Assembly (NCBI GenBank): GCA_027604505.1
Contig: JADIIX010000001.1
Coordinates: 248,001-312,000, forward strand
Length of the DNA: 64,000 nt
Origin: Gonapodya sp. JEL0774
Lineage: Eukaryota
Direction of reading: 5' to 3'
Shown: positions 62,691-64,000 of the stretch, piece by piece
Numbering within the stretch: position 1 is the first letter of the stretch
How the letters are laid out: each line of letters begins with the position of its first letter
Notes under the pieces: generated by a model
The model's input: the letters and a program-made list of their open reading frames with translations, nothing else
Told to the model about the DNA's origin: nothing
The model's database searches: none
Made by a program: the position numbers and the translations under genes

Positions 62691-64000
62691 ATGCCGCCAG
62701 CGCCGAAACCGGATTCGAGCGTCGAACTCGTCGCAATCGAACCATCAGATCGCCTCACATTTTCACCCCCTTTTGCCAAACCCTGCGTCCAACATATAAC
62801 CGTGACCAACATTTCACGTGATCCTATCGGTATGTGTGTCTATGAAACGAAAAACTGGGGGCTATAGTGGACAGAGGTGCTGGATTAACCCTGAAATATA
62901 CCTTCCATACCTTTGTCTCCTCAACCGTAGTGTTCAAAATGAAAACGACCGCTCCCTTAAGGTACACTGTTCGTCCAAACTCCGGTGTTCTTCCCTCAGC
63001 CCAGTCAGTGTCTCTAGAGGTATCGTTACACGGTACGACCCTCGAGCTCACACCAGACTTCCAATGCAAGGACAAGTTTCTGGTGCAAGCCATAAAAGTC
63101 CCGAATAATCTTTACTCCATAGAGACGCCTGCGGCTCTCATTGCACGGTTTCAGGACCTTTGGAATACCCGGGAAGCTGTCCCTCAAGATCAGTATTCTG
63201 AAAAGAAGCTCCACGTAGCGTTCATAGGTGAACTTCCTTCACACGATCCTTTCACAATGGCATCTACCAACAGAGCTGAGCACTTTTGCATGAACCCATA
63301 GACTCACAACCAACTGCCCTCGAGCACCTCGAGAAGATCGCATCCCTCACCCTGCGCGCGGCGTCAGCCGAAGCCAAGCTTGCAATAGCGGAAGCCGAAT
63401 CGGCCAGCCTTCGCCTCCAAATCACCGAAATCACTCAAACAACATCTCGTGCCTCCAATGATCATAACCGCCTCCGCTCCGAGAACACGGCACTTCTCGC
63501 AGACAACACCGCCCTGCTCACGGAAACAGCAGCCTTGCGCTCCGAGATTGCCGAGTTGCGGTCTGAAAACGCCATGCTGCGCGATCGAGTGGCAGAGGCC
63601 GAGGCTGCATCCCGAATTTGTGCCCACAATGCCGCCCAACGTGCCGTGCAACTCCGTCCGCCAGTCAAGGTGGAGACCATCATGTACGCTGTGGGTGATT
63701 TCGAGCCAGGGGACGCGGACGAGCTTCGTCTTCATGTTGGAGACAGGATTTTTGTGAACCTGGCGTTCGCGGATGGATGGGGGTCGGTGAGTTGTGGGGA
63801 TTGATTCGTGAACACTCCCCACGCCCCAATCTCCCTACACCGTGACCGTGCACTTTGGACATGACCGCTCACCAGCCCCCTTTGCCTTTGCCATACCTTT
63901 TATCACCCACGTAGGGCTTCAACACCACAACCCACTCTACGGGCCTCTTCCCTCTCTCCCACGTCAACGCCACTTCCACCACGAGCGCCCCTTTCCCATC
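62691..64000 (+). CDS. MSP (VAP/Scs2-like) + coiled-coil + SH3 protein, 3' truncated by the window
   Basis: VAIEPSDRLTF..|VFKMKTTAPLRYTVRPNSGVL..CKDKFLVQ..KKLHVAF; intron ~63228-63301 is in phase into a coiled coil; YAVGDFEPGDADELRLHVGDRIFV..DGWGS|GFNTTTHSTGLFPLSHV. Confidence 0.87.

Noticed and set aside
1..64000. Prokaryotic operons, CRISPR arrays, defence systems, rRNA/tRNA, intact transposons
   Set aside because: Spliceosomal introns throughout; no repeat-spacer arrays and no transposase, RT or integrase motifs seen; tRNAs cannot be fully excluded by eye

Overview
Gene-dense, intron-rich eukaryotic DNA (mostly short GT-AG introns), not prokaryotic. Gene content (TRAP1, FIBP, a CCDC162/DUF4549-like giant, a TmcB-like protein, a Frizzled-like Cys-rich surface protein, alongside fungal BNA6, SOM1, DUF2408 and SLY41-like genes) suggests a zoosporic, early-diverging fungus (chytrid sensu lato); this is inference. 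About 18 spliced genes were reconstructed by hand. No rRNA, tRNA, CRISPR or intact transposon was recognised. The most unusual items are a two-module CDC48/PEX-type AAA protein whose two Walker B glutamates are both substituted (DN, DQ) while Walker A and arginine fingers are kept, a VAP-like MSP + coiled-coil + SH3 fusion, a 14-Cys Frizzled-like receptor visible only after splicing, a PAS-less TmcB-like protein, and an unexplained 4.4-11.3 kb orphan region. Family calls come from remembered motifs, not database searches, and exon boundaries are manual.
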